The notes beneath the pieces were generated by a model that saw nothing but the letters and a program-made list of their open reading frames with translations, was not told the origin of the DNA and searched no databases. From Eledone cirrhosa (Eukaryota): DNA of 64,000 nt. Location of the stretch: NCBI GenBank assembly GCA_964016885.1, contig OZ024761.1, positions 19,592,001 through 19,656,000 of the forward strand, given 5' to 3'. Positions within the stretch are counted from its first letter, which is position 1, and each line of letters starts with the position of its first letter. The translations under genes and the position numbers were made by a program. Positions 26,284-39,081 of this stretch are shown one piece after another.

Positions 26284-26431
26284 TATATATATATATAAAT
26301 ATAAATTAGCGAGAATTGCATTTCGGCGTAGGAATTAACATATATATAAATATTTTCCATTTTGACGTTATAGTCACTTATATATTATGAAATACTGTTG
26401 GCTTCACGCTCACAATAATTTCTATACTTTC

Positions 26432-26491
<60 letters not shown>

Positions 26492-26494
<3 letters not shown>

Positions 26495-26770
26495 GTAGGA
26501 GGTGAGTTTTATTGTAGTACAATAAAGCAATGCAGATATCGAATAAGAAGCACTCTACAGTTTGTTGGACTGGAGTATACATAATATATAAGATCAAAAG
26601 ATGGTTAAAAGAGTTCTATGTATTTTATTATGCGCATTTCAAAAACAAATATCATCATGCAATAACATTTGCGTTTTATCTGACAAAAACGCAAATGTTA
26701 TTGCATGATGATATTTGTTTTTGAAATGCGCATAATAAAATACATGGAACTCTTTTAACCATCTTTTGAT

Positions 26771-26777
<7 letters not shown>
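26492..26777. mobile_element. Foldback hammerhead element
   Basis: Arms ~26586-26677 / 26686-26777, tail 26492-26585, (TA)n on both sides. Confidence 0.68.
26674..26740 (+). ncRNA. Degenerate hammerhead motif (G8>A)
   Basis: TTTTAT-CTGACAA-[helix II]-GAAA-TGCGCA-TA-ATAAAA; CTGACAA is consistent with CpG decay of CTGACGA. Confidence 0.55.
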
Positions 26778-26820
<43 letters not shown>

Positions 26821-27009
26821 ACTGATATTTTTGACAAGTATATTGTATTAAAGTTTGGTAAATCAGAAATATTTTGTGTTACATTTATTATTCACTGAAA
26901 CATGTATTTTAAATCAAGCATCAGAAAATTATTATGGTGTGTAAATTTATATTGTATATATATTATGACACGTTATTGTATATGTGACAAATAAAGTGTT
27001 TATTTAGAT

Positions 27010-27145
27010 CAGAGGTTCTCAAAATGGGCGCTACCACCACCCCGAGGGGCATTGAAAAAGTCCAGGGGGCGCTGGGGCGTAAGAGACCGGTGAGCAGGGG
27101 GGGGGGGGGGGGCGATAGAGATGATGTAATACTATATCAAATGAT

Positions 27146-27185
<40 letters not shown>

Positions 27186-27682
27186 CAAAGAAAGGTCGGT
27201 AGGGAATCAAGTGCACTATGACGCACTTAGGGTAGTAGAAACGGTCGGAGCTCAGCCGTCGGGATCCTGACTCTTTTCTTATATAGTAAAATAAAAAATA
27301 TATAATATTTATTCATACATAGTATATATTATATTATTTATTATATATAAATTAACGATTTTATTTATTATACTAGCTGGCCCCGTTTTTGACGAAAAAT
27401 GACGGCTAATTGTAATATCTATACATAATATAAAAAAGAGATGTTTGTTGGTTGGTTCCTATCGCGCTCACTCACACAAGTGTTAGAAACACACTCCTTC
27501 CTTCCTCAGTCGACGTTATCACCCCTTCCTTCCTCAATCATCTCTAGTGTGTGACGGACAAATACACAAGGCTTTTATATTAGTAGATATTATTTATAAT
27601 TTGTGTGTAGGCAGGTCTGTCTGGTAATAGGTTTGAGGGCGCTGAGGGTATTACGTGGCCCCAAAAAATTTGAGAACCTTTG
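27010..27682. mobile_element. hAT-like MITE with nested insertions
   Basis: TIR CAGAGGTTCTCAAA / TTTGAGAACCTTTG; perfect 8-bp TSD ATTTAGAT. Confidence 0.82.
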
Positions 27683-29285
27683 ATTTAGATACTAGAGAAT
27701 GAAAAATATAACAACTTTGGAAAAAAAGATATGTCTTCCTCCTTACTTTTATTTATATACAGGAAAATACTTCTAAACTGAAATGTTGATGTTATTTTTT
27801 CAATAGCCAGATTCTACTGCTACATGTGATATAACATATTGTTATTATAATTGTCTTTATTAATTAAACTATATATATATATATATATATACTACTGTAT
27901 ATATATATACTCAAGCAGAAACAATTAATTAAACTATATCCATATATTTAATAATGTTGTTCACTACATTGTATTATAATATATATTTTATATTTAGCTG
28001 TACCTTGTTGTTTCAGGTAAATTAAAGATATCTTCGTGTTAGTCTAAAAAAAAATATATTGTATATATATCTCCCACTCTCTTTGGGTGTGGAAATGGCT
28101 ATAGTTTTCATTATGTAAAATCTCCCCATTTTGCCTCATTTCTCCCTGTCAACTCTCCCCATCCGATGGGGAAATCTCCTACCCACTTTGGGGTGGGTGA
28201 GATATATCTTCTCTTGTGAAAATGGGTATATCTTTCATTATATAAAATCTCCCCCATTTTGCCTCATTTCTCCTCGTTTTGGGGCACTTTTTCTCCTGGT
28301 ATTCCCTGTTTGGGTTTTTAGAGGTTGGCAGGTCTGTGTATTTGTTCTATGGAAAATAACATTTTTCAGCAGTTGTTATTTTAAACATTGGTAAATTAGT
28401 TTATATTTTGTAATTTTATGTTGTATATAATACTGTGATTTTATTAGAATGTTTTTGTAAAAAAATAATCATTAATGTTCCTCTAGTAAAATATACATAC
28501 TTTAAAGTCAAGGTGTATAAAAATATGATAATATAATTCATTGAACAAATAAAGGAAAGAAAATAAGAAGTGGGGGTGCAATTCACCATCAAGTGCGACA
28601 ATGTATAATATTTGTCAGGTGGTGCTATTAAGTTAGACATGGCCCGGGCCAATACTGGCTGAAACCTATCAAAGTTATATAATTTATTGATACTTTTCTC
28701 GTCTAAGTTGTAAATATAACATCTGCAAATGTGTTTTGTAAATTTTGTAAATATTCGATTAATATATTTTGTAGTGAAGGGTGGGAAGTAAATAGAAAAT
28801 AAACTATTTTGTTAACTTTGATAGAGAAGAGGAATGGTTTATCTTGTGAAAACAAATAAGACAAATTTGAAAAGACCTGAACTAATTTGAAAGAATTCAG
28901 CCGATAAATTGAGAATCATTCAATAGTTCTGAGAGAGATTTTCAACACACACACACATACACACTGATCCTGTCTATTTTTGTACTCTCGAAGACGGGCT
29001 AAAGCCTGACACGTCAAACTTTCTTCCCCTTTTCCATATAAAGCATGAAACTAATAAGACTTTGTACCTCTGTTTGTTGTCTCCTTGAACTATATATATA
29101 TATATAACGAAGGAAATGTGGTAAGGAACCAGGTGGACCATAACGCACCAAAGTACTCAATACTTAGGGTAGTAGAGTGGGTAATAGGAACCAGTAAGAC
29201 CCCGACGGCTGAGCTCAAGCCGTTTCGACGTCCAGAATTAGCCGTCGAAATGGCTTGAGCTCAGCCGTCGGGGTCTTACTGGTTC

Positions 29286-29316
<31 letters not shown>

Positions 29317-30341
29317 ACTAATAAAAAGTGAAAAATTCAGTAGAAAATGCTGGAGGGATTTTTTTCAGTATAATATCAAAATATTTATTTATAAAGTGGG
29401 TTTTTCCGCATTTAAATGAGCAAAAGATATATCTCTAAAAAAAAAAAAAAAAAAAAAAATCAAAAAAAATCTATATATTAAGGGTGAGAGAAACACGGTC
29501 CTCTGAGCTGATTCTCTCCCAAAAGGTCAGCCTGTCCTACCCATGCTAGCATGGAAAATGGACATTAAACGATGATGATGAGTGATTATAATAGAATAGT
29601 CCACTATCAATTTTGGTAAGCTCTGAAAAGCTCAATGTGCTATTGAGGTCTGCAGTAAGTAAGGATTCAAAACAATCGAAAGAGTTGTCCGAAGGTTAAA
29701 GTTCTTGCTGTTGAGGACAGTGAGAGCAGCAGAGCATAAATTTTTAAATTGAAGGAAACCATATATTAAAGATGGTTTTCTTCAATTTATATATAATCAT
29801 CATTATCATGTTGTTTCCTTGAGCAAGACACTTTATTTCAAATTGCTCCAGTTTACTCAGCTGTAGAAATGAGATGATAGGGACCCCAGTCCACTGGAAA
29901 GTGGTCGTGTAGGTGCCATGGCGAAAAAGCACCCAGCACTCAGTGTAAATGAGGTTGGTGTTAGGAAGGGCATCCAGCTGTAGAAATCAAGTCAGAATCA
30001 GTTCCCGTCCCACCCTTGCAAGCAGGGAAAAAGCGGACGTAAAATGAAATGATCATCGTTTAACGTCTATTTTCCATGCTAGCATGGGTTAGACGGGTTT
30101 TTCCCATTAGAGGCAAGTTGGGTGACCATGTCTTGCTCTTACTTTAGGTGGGTCATGGTGCCAATAAAAACACACGTACCTGTTGGTTTTCACTTCAATT
30201 TTATTATAAATTTCCAGTTGGTTGGTTCAATAACTGGATTGTTGTTTATATATTGTCAAAGCTCTTTTGCCACACATTCTGTGACCTCCTCAGTAACTGA
30301 TTTTTTTAATTTGTCTCTCTCCTACTACACCATCTTGTTTT

Positions 30342-30382
<41 letters not shown>

Positions 30383-31511
30383 ATAAAAAGAAAGAAGTTT
30401 TGTTTACATGTATCTATTTTTTTTATTGTGTATCGACCCGTTATGCAGGTTTCACAGAGGATTGGCTCAGAGTTACCCATAGTAGTTATGGACCCAACTC
30501 CAGTATCGATCTGCTCTTCAATATATACACTGCCTGTGCATTGAGTGCTCACTTTGGTACCACCACCAGTAATTCACTGAATCACATACACTTGGCTCTT
30601 TGTATTCTGAGTTCAAATCCCGTCGAGGTTTACTTTGTCTTTCATCCTTACGGGGTCAATAAAATAAAGCAGACTTACGACACTATAACAACAAAAAGAT
30701 GATGTCAGTCATCTAGAAAATATACATGGTGTCATGAAGTTGTCTGCTTGCAAACAAACCAAATATTAATATTATTATAATATTATTATCCAGGGTGGTA
30801 CATTGGCAGTATCGGTAGAGCATCAGACACCATAGAGTTATGGCCTTGTATGTTCTGAGTTCAAATCCCACCGAGGTTAAATTTGCCTTTCATCCTTACA
30901 GGGGTTGATAAAATAAAGTACCAGTAATACACTGGGATAATTTCTGGCCTTGTGCCAAAAGTAGAAACAATTATATTAATAATTGTTTCTTTCTTTTATC
31001 GACCCTGTAAGTATGAAAGGTAAAGTTAACCTCGGCGGGATTTGAACTCAGACCATAAAGGGCCGTAACTCTATGCTGGAAAGCATGGCGTCCGACCCTC
31101 TACCGATACTGCCAACAATTATTAATGTAATAAGAGACAAAGATGTATATGAATATGGATGATTTATTTGGTCTATTTACAGAGTATATGAAATATTTGA
31201 TGAAGATGGAAAACACTGTGGTTATAAAGTTGGTTCAGTTCTATAAACTGTTTCTGTAATACAAAAAAAAAAACACATCCACACACACACATTGATAAGG
31301 GTGTGTACAGTACCACACACACACACACTTTGATAGGGGAGGGTGGGCGTGCAGTACCACACACACACACACATTGAGATGGGGTTTTCCTGCTTGCATG
31401 GGTTATGTTATATATATTTTACCCATGCTATATATATATATATATATATATATAGAGTCCAGAATTAGCCGTCGAAACGGCTTGAGCTCAGCCGTCGGGG
31501 TCTTACTTGTT

Positions 31512-31544
<33 letters not shown>

Positions 31545-32319
31545 CAAAAGAATGAAGAATAACATGGTCTGCTGTACAATAGGGTTTATTTACAGTATTA
31601 ACAATTGTATCTTTAATCAGGTGAGTCTAAAAGTCGCTGATCGTTAGAAGCTACGTCACTCGACCTTAATTACAGTCGATACCTGAAAATTGTCAGCTGA
31701 CCACGTTATTCGTCATTCTTTTGCTATTATTACTCCAAGGAACTTTCTTAAACCGGCCACCTGACTAAGGAAACTTCTTGTTGAGTCAAACAACGGCGAA
31801 CGTTAAAACCATCATCGTTTAACGTCCATCTTCCACACTAGCATGGGTTAGACCTCGATACAGAGTATTTATAACCTCTACTTGGATTACTTTAAACGAT
31901 ACCTTGTTAACTTATATATATATATATATATAATCATCATCATCATCGATGTGTGTGTGAAATGTAAGCTACAGTAGGAGACCAAGGAAGACCTGGGTAG
32001 AAGTAGTGAGTAGTGATCTCAAAAATAACTGAAGCTCACAGAGGAGTTGATGAAAGCAAACGTGTGGAGAGATACTGTGATAAAAAGCACCTGTCTGACC
32101 CTCCCCCCATGCAGTCATGGAGTAGTAGTCATAAACTTATGATGATGATTGTTGTGGTAGGCCCTTACAAAGAAAGTTCCATGTTTCAGCATCCACCAAA
32201 AGTGATGGTCACAGTGCAAAACTTTGGCCATCAGCTTTGGGGGTCAAAATCTGGAATTTTCTTTGTAAAGACTTACATGAATAATATAGCGTGGAAAAAT
32301 GGACGTTAAACGGGGATGA

Positions 32320-32353
<34 letters not shown>

Positions 32354-32764
32354 TTTTCCTATTAAACCCATTATTATGTATTGAGTAAGGGCAGCAGATT
32401 GGCTGTATTGGTAAAGCGTCGGACAATATGCTTTGCGGCATAGAGTTACGGCCCTTTACGGTCTGAGTTCAAATCCCACCGAAGTTAGCTTTGCCTTTCA
32501 TCCTCACTGGGTTGATAAAATAAAGTACCAGTAATGCACTGGGATCAATTTAATCGATTTTCCCCCTCTCCCCAAATTGCTATATATATATATATATAAA
32601 GACATGACAACCTCTCTTGTGCTGGTGCCATGATAAAATGTGCTAGGAAGAATATGGGACCATATGTGAGATGCTGACCCCCTGGGCTGTGGGTGGGGGG
32701 TGGGGGTCAGTAGCATCACTTCAGTACTAACTCGGCCTAAGAAGACCCATCCAACCCTTGCTAG

Positions 32765-33120
32765 CACTGTAAAGTGGTTTTGTAGGTGTCACGACAAAAA
32801 GCACCCATCACACACTGTAAATGTGGTTGTGTAGGTGTCACGACAAAAAGCACCCATCACACACTGTAAATGTGGTTGTGTAGGTGTCACGACAAAAAGC
32901 ACCCAGCCCGCAGTGTAAATGTGGTTGTGTAGGTGTCACGACAAAAAGCACCCAGCCCGCAGTGTAAAGTGGTTGTGTAGGTGTCACGACAAAAAGCACC
33001 CATCACACACTGTAAATGTGGTTGTGTAGGTGTCACGACAAAAAGCACCCAGCCCGCAGTGTAAATGTGGTTGTGTAGGTGTTACGACAAAAAGCACCCA
33101 TCACACACTGTAAATGTCGT
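32765..33120. repeat. 49-bp tandem derived from a SINE tail segment
   Basis: TGTAAATGTGGTTGTGTAGGTGTCACGACAAAAAGCACCC... repeated, continuing into the TGGCATTAGGAAGGGCATCC tail. Confidence 0.9.
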
Positions 33121-33456
33121 TGGCATTAGGAAGGGCATCCAGCCGTAGAAAACCACCCAGAAACAGTCCTATATGAGCGAGACACGGTCACCTGACCTGG
33201 TATTTCTCATAACAAAACAACTCTTCTAACCCATGCTAGCATGGAAAAATGAATGTTAAAAGGTGATGGAGATGATATATATACATATATATAGATATGT
33301 ATATATAGGGTGTCCCAAAAAAATGTATACCATATTTATTAGAATGTTGAAGTGTGCATACATTTTTGGGGAACACCCTGTATATATATATATATATATA
33401 TATTGATACTTATTCACACACAAGCACATACAAACATTCTCATTTTATTCACCCCT

Positions 33457-34471
33457 TCAAACATGGAATTCTTTCTTTGTGTTTTCTATGTCTTGATATA
33501 AAATCTTGTCGTTTCCAGAGATTTCCGGAACATTCTTATAAATTGTCTCAGTTTTAGGCCACTGTTGCAATGATGATGACGATGGTGATGATGATGGTGA
33601 TGATGACGCTGATGATGATGATGATGATGGCGAAGATGAGGATGTGTTTGTTAATACAGTGTCATCGCTACACTCAGATTCTCTGCCGACACTAAAAGCA
33701 GCATTTTGGTACACTTGTGACTTTACGACACCACCCCTTTCCTTTCTCGGGTTTGCCTTTGGTTTTGGTTTTTGCTGCTGTTGTTTTTCTTGTGGTTCGC
33801 TGTACTGCAGGCTGTTGTTGTTGTTGTTGTTATTGTTCCTGTTGGCGTAGGGAACACTGTATATTAAGTCTGTCTCCTCCTCTTCCTGCTCCCCTTCTAC
33901 TTCATCTCCCTCCTCTTCTTTGCTGTTCAGGTAGACATAGATCCCACTGTCACAGGTTTTGCTACGACACCCTCCCATAGAAGAATAACCGTCATTGTTG
34001 TTGTTTTTGTTATCATCATCATCGGTATGGCCATTCTTGTTGTATCCAGTAGGACTTTTCGGCACTTGGTACATGTCTTCTTTCTTAGACAATTCCATAA
34101 GTTCCATCGATCCACCTTTAGCAACCCCACCACCACCACTGTTGCCATTGACATCGGTGTTGTTACGTCGGTCAATGTCCTCATACGCTACATAGTACTG
34201 ATCCGAGTGTGCTCCGTTCATGCTGGTTTTAATCTCTGAATATATGTCCTCACAGCTGCCCCCACTGGCAGCGTTACCCGCGCAAGCTTCCTCGGAGTCT
34301 CCCTGCCTCTGGTTCACATAAATGCTTGAAGAACTGCCACAGTTTTGTGCTGCACCCTTCGTCTGTCTACGTGAGTTCACCCCTCCTCGCCTGAACTGGG
34401 GGTCAGGAAGAACATAGAGGGTGTCTGTCCGGGGTCGGTTGCAAGAGTTACCTTCCTCAAGGTCAGCAAAT
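33457..34471 (-). CDS. EMI receptor terminal exon: long disordered cytoplasmic tail with many Tyr motifs
   Basis: ctacag acceptor at 34472-34473; 1015 nt open to TGA; FADLEEG...TIYKNV...ILYQDIENTKKEFHV; the nine exons sum to 1863 nt = 620 aa + stop. Confidence 0.88.
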
Positions 34472-34539
34472 CTGTAGCTACAAAACAGAAAAAGAAAAAA
34501 CAAAGAAAAGATTACTATTTATTTATTTATATGTTCATA

Positions 34540-35390
34540 TATATATTTTTATTTAAATATTTAAGTATATATTTATATATAAATATATATATTTATTTAA
34601 GTATATATTTATATATAAATATATATATTTATTTAAGTATATATTTATATATAAATATATATATTTATTTAAGTATATATTTATATATAAATATATATAT
34701 TTATTTAAGTATATATTTATATATAAATATATATTTATTTAAGTATATATTTATATATAAATATTTATTTATTTATTTATGTATATATTTATATATAAAT
34801 ATTTATTTATTTATTTATTTAAGTATATATTTATATATAAATATATATTTATTTAAGTATATATTTATATATAAATATATATTTATTTAAGTATATATTT
34901 ATATATAAATATATATTTATTTAAGTATATATTTATATATAAATATATATTTATTTAAATATATATTTATTTAAGTATATATTTATATATAAATATTTAT
35001 ATATAAATATATATTTATTTAAGTATATATTTATATATAAATATATATTTATTTAAGTATATATTTATATATAAATATATATTTATTTAAGTATATATTT
35101 ATATATAAATATATATTTATATAAGTATATATTTATATATTAATATATATTTATATATAAATATATATTTATTTAAGTATATATTTATATATAAATATAT
35201 ATTTATTTAAGTAAATAAGTATATATTAATATATAAATATATAAGTATATATTTATATATTAATATATATTTAAGTATATATTTATATATAAATATTTAT
35301 TTATTTAAGTATATATTTATATATAAATATTTATTTATTTAAGTATATATTTATATATATTTGTATATATTTATTTATATATTAATATAT
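34540..35390. repeat. AT-rich ~30-bp minisatellite
   Basis: TTTAAGTATATATTTATATATAAATATATATTTA repeats. Confidence 0.9.
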
Positions 35391-35472
35391 ATTTAGAGTG
35401 TGTGTGTGTGTGCATGCACACACACACACATATATATATACATAATACACACTCACACACATCTGTGTGTGA

Positions 35473-35511
<39 letters not shown>

Positions 35512-35554
35512 TATAAATAGGTTGACAGATAGATAGACAGAGAGAGAAACATAC

Positions 35555-35669
35555 CGTGAGCCGCGTGTGGAGAGCATTTTGTTGACATTAGGTGTATCAG
35601 AGTTGAAACCATTGTTCATACTAACATAGTAGTTCTCTTCCTCTGAGCCAGTCACGTTGGTGTCTAGAC
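35555..35669 (-). CDS. EMI receptor exon 8
   Basis: ctttag|GT...CG|gtatgt, 115 nt, phase 1-2; LDTNVTGSEEENYYVSMNNGFNSDTPNVNKMLSTRGS. Confidence 0.8.
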
Positions 35670-35807
35670 CTAAAGTGGAAGTGAGGGCAAGAATGCTGTA
35701 ACATAACTGCATTGATCATACATCATGTGGACAACAACTATAAGAGCAATGGCTATTAATGGCAGAGATGTGATTCTGGTTATCACATGAATACATTATA
35801 TATATAT

Positions 35808-36405
35808 AGGGTTCTATAGAAATAGTGGACAGCTTCCGTTACCTGGGCGATAAAATCAGCAGTGGGGGAGGGTGCTCTGAAAGTACAGTAGCTAGAGTCA
35901 GAACTGGTTGGAAAAAGTTCAGAGAGCTTATACCACTATTAGCTGCTAAAGGGTTCTCCCTAAAAATGAAAGGCAGGTTGTACGATGCCTGCATACGAAC
36001 AGCAATGCTGCATGGCAGTGAGACCTGGGCATTGTGTGCAGAGGATATACGCAGACTAGAGAGGAACGAAGCTTGCATGCTCCGCTGGATGTGTAACAGT
36101 AATATACGTGAACGGCAAAGCATAAACGAACTAAGGAAAAAATTAGAGATAAGAGGGATCAGATGTTGTTTACTCGAGAGAAGGCTACGTTGGTACGGAC
36201 ACGTGATGCGCATGAAAGTCGATAGCTGTATAACAAAGTGCAGGGCAATAAAGATAGACGGTAGCCACGGAATAGGCAGACCTAGAAAAACCTGGGACGA
36301 GCTGATAAACTCCGACATCACACACTTACACCTCTCCAAGACAATGTCACTGGACCGAGACCTTTGGCGGTACTCAGTAACAGAGAAGACCCGCCTTACC
36401 TAAAT
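35808..36405 (+). mobile_element. RTE-clade LINE ORF2 C-terminal fragment
   Basis: DSFRYLG...WKKFREL...LHGSETW...RRLRWYGHVMRM...GRPRKTW. Confidence 0.9.
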
Positions 36406-36532
36406 ATATAGTAAAACCTACTCCAGCCAGTAGGCATCTCTAACAAAATACAAGGCAAGAGTGGTTGTCTTGCTCGCATAGGACTGTCTGGCGGGTTTTC
36501 TACAGCTGGATGCCCTTCCTAATATATATATA

Positions 36533-36961
36533 TTTAAAGGTTAAACAAGGTTCAATGAATAAATCAAAGAATTAGTTTTACAATAGATTGGAAGCACTCA
36601 ACAGAGACGGTTTTCCGGCGTTATTAATATTAATTCAAAATATTAACAAAAATAGACCTTCGTGTGATCAAGTATATTTTATTATACATATTTCAGAGGT
36701 ACTGAGCTATCTTCAACAGTACGTCCTCATCAGATAAAATAAGATGATGCATGACATAGTAGATGGTTAAGATTCAGTCATGGTAGTCATGACTACTATG
36801 ACTGAATCTTAACCATCTACTATGTCAGGGTATGTCATGCATCATCTTTTTATCTGATGAGGATGTACTGTTGAAGATAACTCAGTACCTCTGAAATATG
36901 TATAATAAAATATACTTGATCACACGAATGTTTATTTTTGTTAATATTTTGAATTAATATA
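36533..36961. mobile_element. Foldback hammerhead element with a spacerless centre
   Basis: Arms ~36627-36789 / 36790-36961 (centre GTAGTCA|TGACTAC), hammerhead in each arm, tail 36533-36626. Confidence 0.75.
36848..36910 (+). ncRNA. Type I hammerhead ribozyme motif (mirror copy on - at 36677-36739)
   Basis: TTTTAT-CTGATGA-GGATGTACTG...CAGTACCTCT-GAAA-TATGTA-TA-ATAAAA. Confidence 0.78.
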
Positions 36962-37693
36962 TATATATATATACATACATACATACACACACACACAGTG
37001 TCCCCCAAAATATATACATGCTTTGATTAGAACGCTGTTGAAGTGTGTATACATTTTCAGAGTTGCTAAAGCAAGGAACAAACTACCTGCATCAGTTGTT
37101 AGCTGTTGGGACATGGCATCCTTTAAAACTTAAATGCTTCCCAAAGTTCGCCAACACAATACCTGATATTCCCCCTCCATCTGTGTGTATATCATAAATC
37201 ATTCACTCTCCTAACATTTGTACATTATTCTATGTTCTATACATGCACCTTTGATGAGTTGTAGTGCACCTGAACACTGTACACAATTTTCGTTATTATT
37301 ATTTACTGTAAAGTGGTCGTGATGGTGACATGCCAAAAAAGTGCCTAGTCCACACTGCAGAGTGGTTGTGTAGGTGTCACGACAAAAAACACCCAGCCCA
37401 CACTGTAAAGTGGTCGTGTAGGTGTCGTGACAAAAAGCACCCAGTACTCGCTGTAAATGAGGTTGACGTTAGGAAAGGGCATCCAGCTATAGAAACCAAA
37501 CCAAAATCACTTCTGTATGAGCAAGATATGGTTATCTGACCTAGCATTGCCCATAACAGGCCAACTCACCTAACCCATGCTAGCGTGGAAGAATGGACGT
37601 AAAACGGCGATGATAATGATGATAAACCAACATTTGACCTGCACTCAACGCGCGTGTAACACTTCAGAATGCCAGGTAATAAGTAATCCTTAC

Positions 37694-37767
37694 CTTCAGG
37701 TAAATCCCAACAGTTATTCCGTACATTTGGTGGCAGTGAGAGAACTTCCTTGTCACCTGGTATTTCA
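37694..37767 (-). CDS. EMI receptor exon 7 (juxtamembrane)
   Basis: ttccag|T...G|gtaagg, 74 nt, phase 2-1, required to join exons 6 and 8; EIPGDKEVLSLPPNVRNNCWDLPE. Confidence 0.8.
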
Positions 37768-38051
37768 CTGGAAAATAGAGAAAGCGACAGAATTAATTTT
37801 TGCATATATATATATATAATGTATTTATATTTGTGCGTGTACTTATGTGTGTGTGTGTGTCAGTGCCTTTGTATGTATGTAGGAAAACAGTATTTGTATG
37901 TGTATATATATATATGTGTGTGTGTGTCTAGGTAGGTATCACATCATGACATGTAATCAAGGGAAGTAACTCTATTCTATTATCCTTATAGTTTCATATT
38001 CTATTATTCTCACACACTACTCTATTTTCCTGTTCTCTCTCTCTCTCTTTG

Positions 38052-38085
<34 letters not shown>

Positions 38086-38149
38086 TTCATTAAAACAATA
38101 GGAAGCTGGCCTGGGGGATATCCTTTTAAAGTTTTATTGTTGCAAAAAA

Positions 38150-38218
<69 letters not shown>

Positions 38219-38918
38219 CCAGTTCTCTGCCATCTGAGTTCAAATCCTGTTAAAGTCAATATTGCCCTTCATCCTTTCAAGGTCAATAAAAAGAAGTACC
38301 AGTCATAAAGTGGGTCTGATTGTTCCTCTATATATCTTTCTCACTTCCTCTCTATCATGCACACACCCTCCCTCTTTCTTCCTCTTTCTCTGAAGGAAAT
38401 TGACTGTGTTCACACCTGGAGAATGGATGAGCTCTGGCAAAGTTTAAAATACCATAGACCCACGTATATATCATAAAGATTCTACCATCAGGTGTTAAGG
38501 CCTCGTGTGCCATCTGTCGTCCTACTATTAAAATACCCAAAAGCCACATGTATATCCCAACAAAGACCCTATGTTACCATCAGGTGTTAAGGCTTTGTGT
38601 CATCTGTCATCCTACTATTAAAATACTCCAGATCCACGTGTATATCCCAACAAAACCAGCAGGAGTTAAGGGTTCATGTATTCTCTGTTGTCCTATTATT
38701 CAAATACCCAAGATTCACATGTTTATCACAACGAAGCCCCTATATTACTACCTGGAGTTAAGGACCTCATGTATCCTCTATTGTCCTAGTAGTTGAGGGT
38801 TCATGTATCCTCTGTGTCCTACTATTAAAATACCCAAGACCCACATTTATATCACAACGAAGCCCCTATGTTACCATCAGGAGTTAAGGCCTCCTCTGTC
38901 CTCCATCCTGTTACCCAC

Positions 38919-39081
38919 CTTGTTGACTTTCCTGCTTTCTTCTTGCGTCGGCATGCAACTACAATTGCAGCTATGATGCATGCTGCAACCACTATGCAGA
39001 TTACAATTGCAATAATGGTGTAGTGATTGTTGCCAGATGTAATGGGTACTTCATTGAGAGTTGGGTACAGGCTGTCGTTAG
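38919..39081 (-). CDS. EMI receptor exon 6 (transmembrane helix)
   Basis: ttgcag|CT...AG|gtgggt, 163 nt, phase 1-2; NDSLYPTLNEVPITSGNNHYT-IIAIVICIVVAACIIAAIVVAC-RRKKKAGKST (hydrophobic helix + basic stop-transfer). Confidence 0.88.

Noticed and set aside
26300-26430. TA-flanked island with GAAATGCAATT on -
   Set aside because: No CTGANGA and no inverted arm, so it is not called a hammerhead.
27740-30600. Possible downstream coding exons for the 22.2-kb donor (acceptors near 27762, 28774, 29594, 30448)
   Set aside because: Early stops or short unrecognisable peptides; a coding gene cannot be supported.
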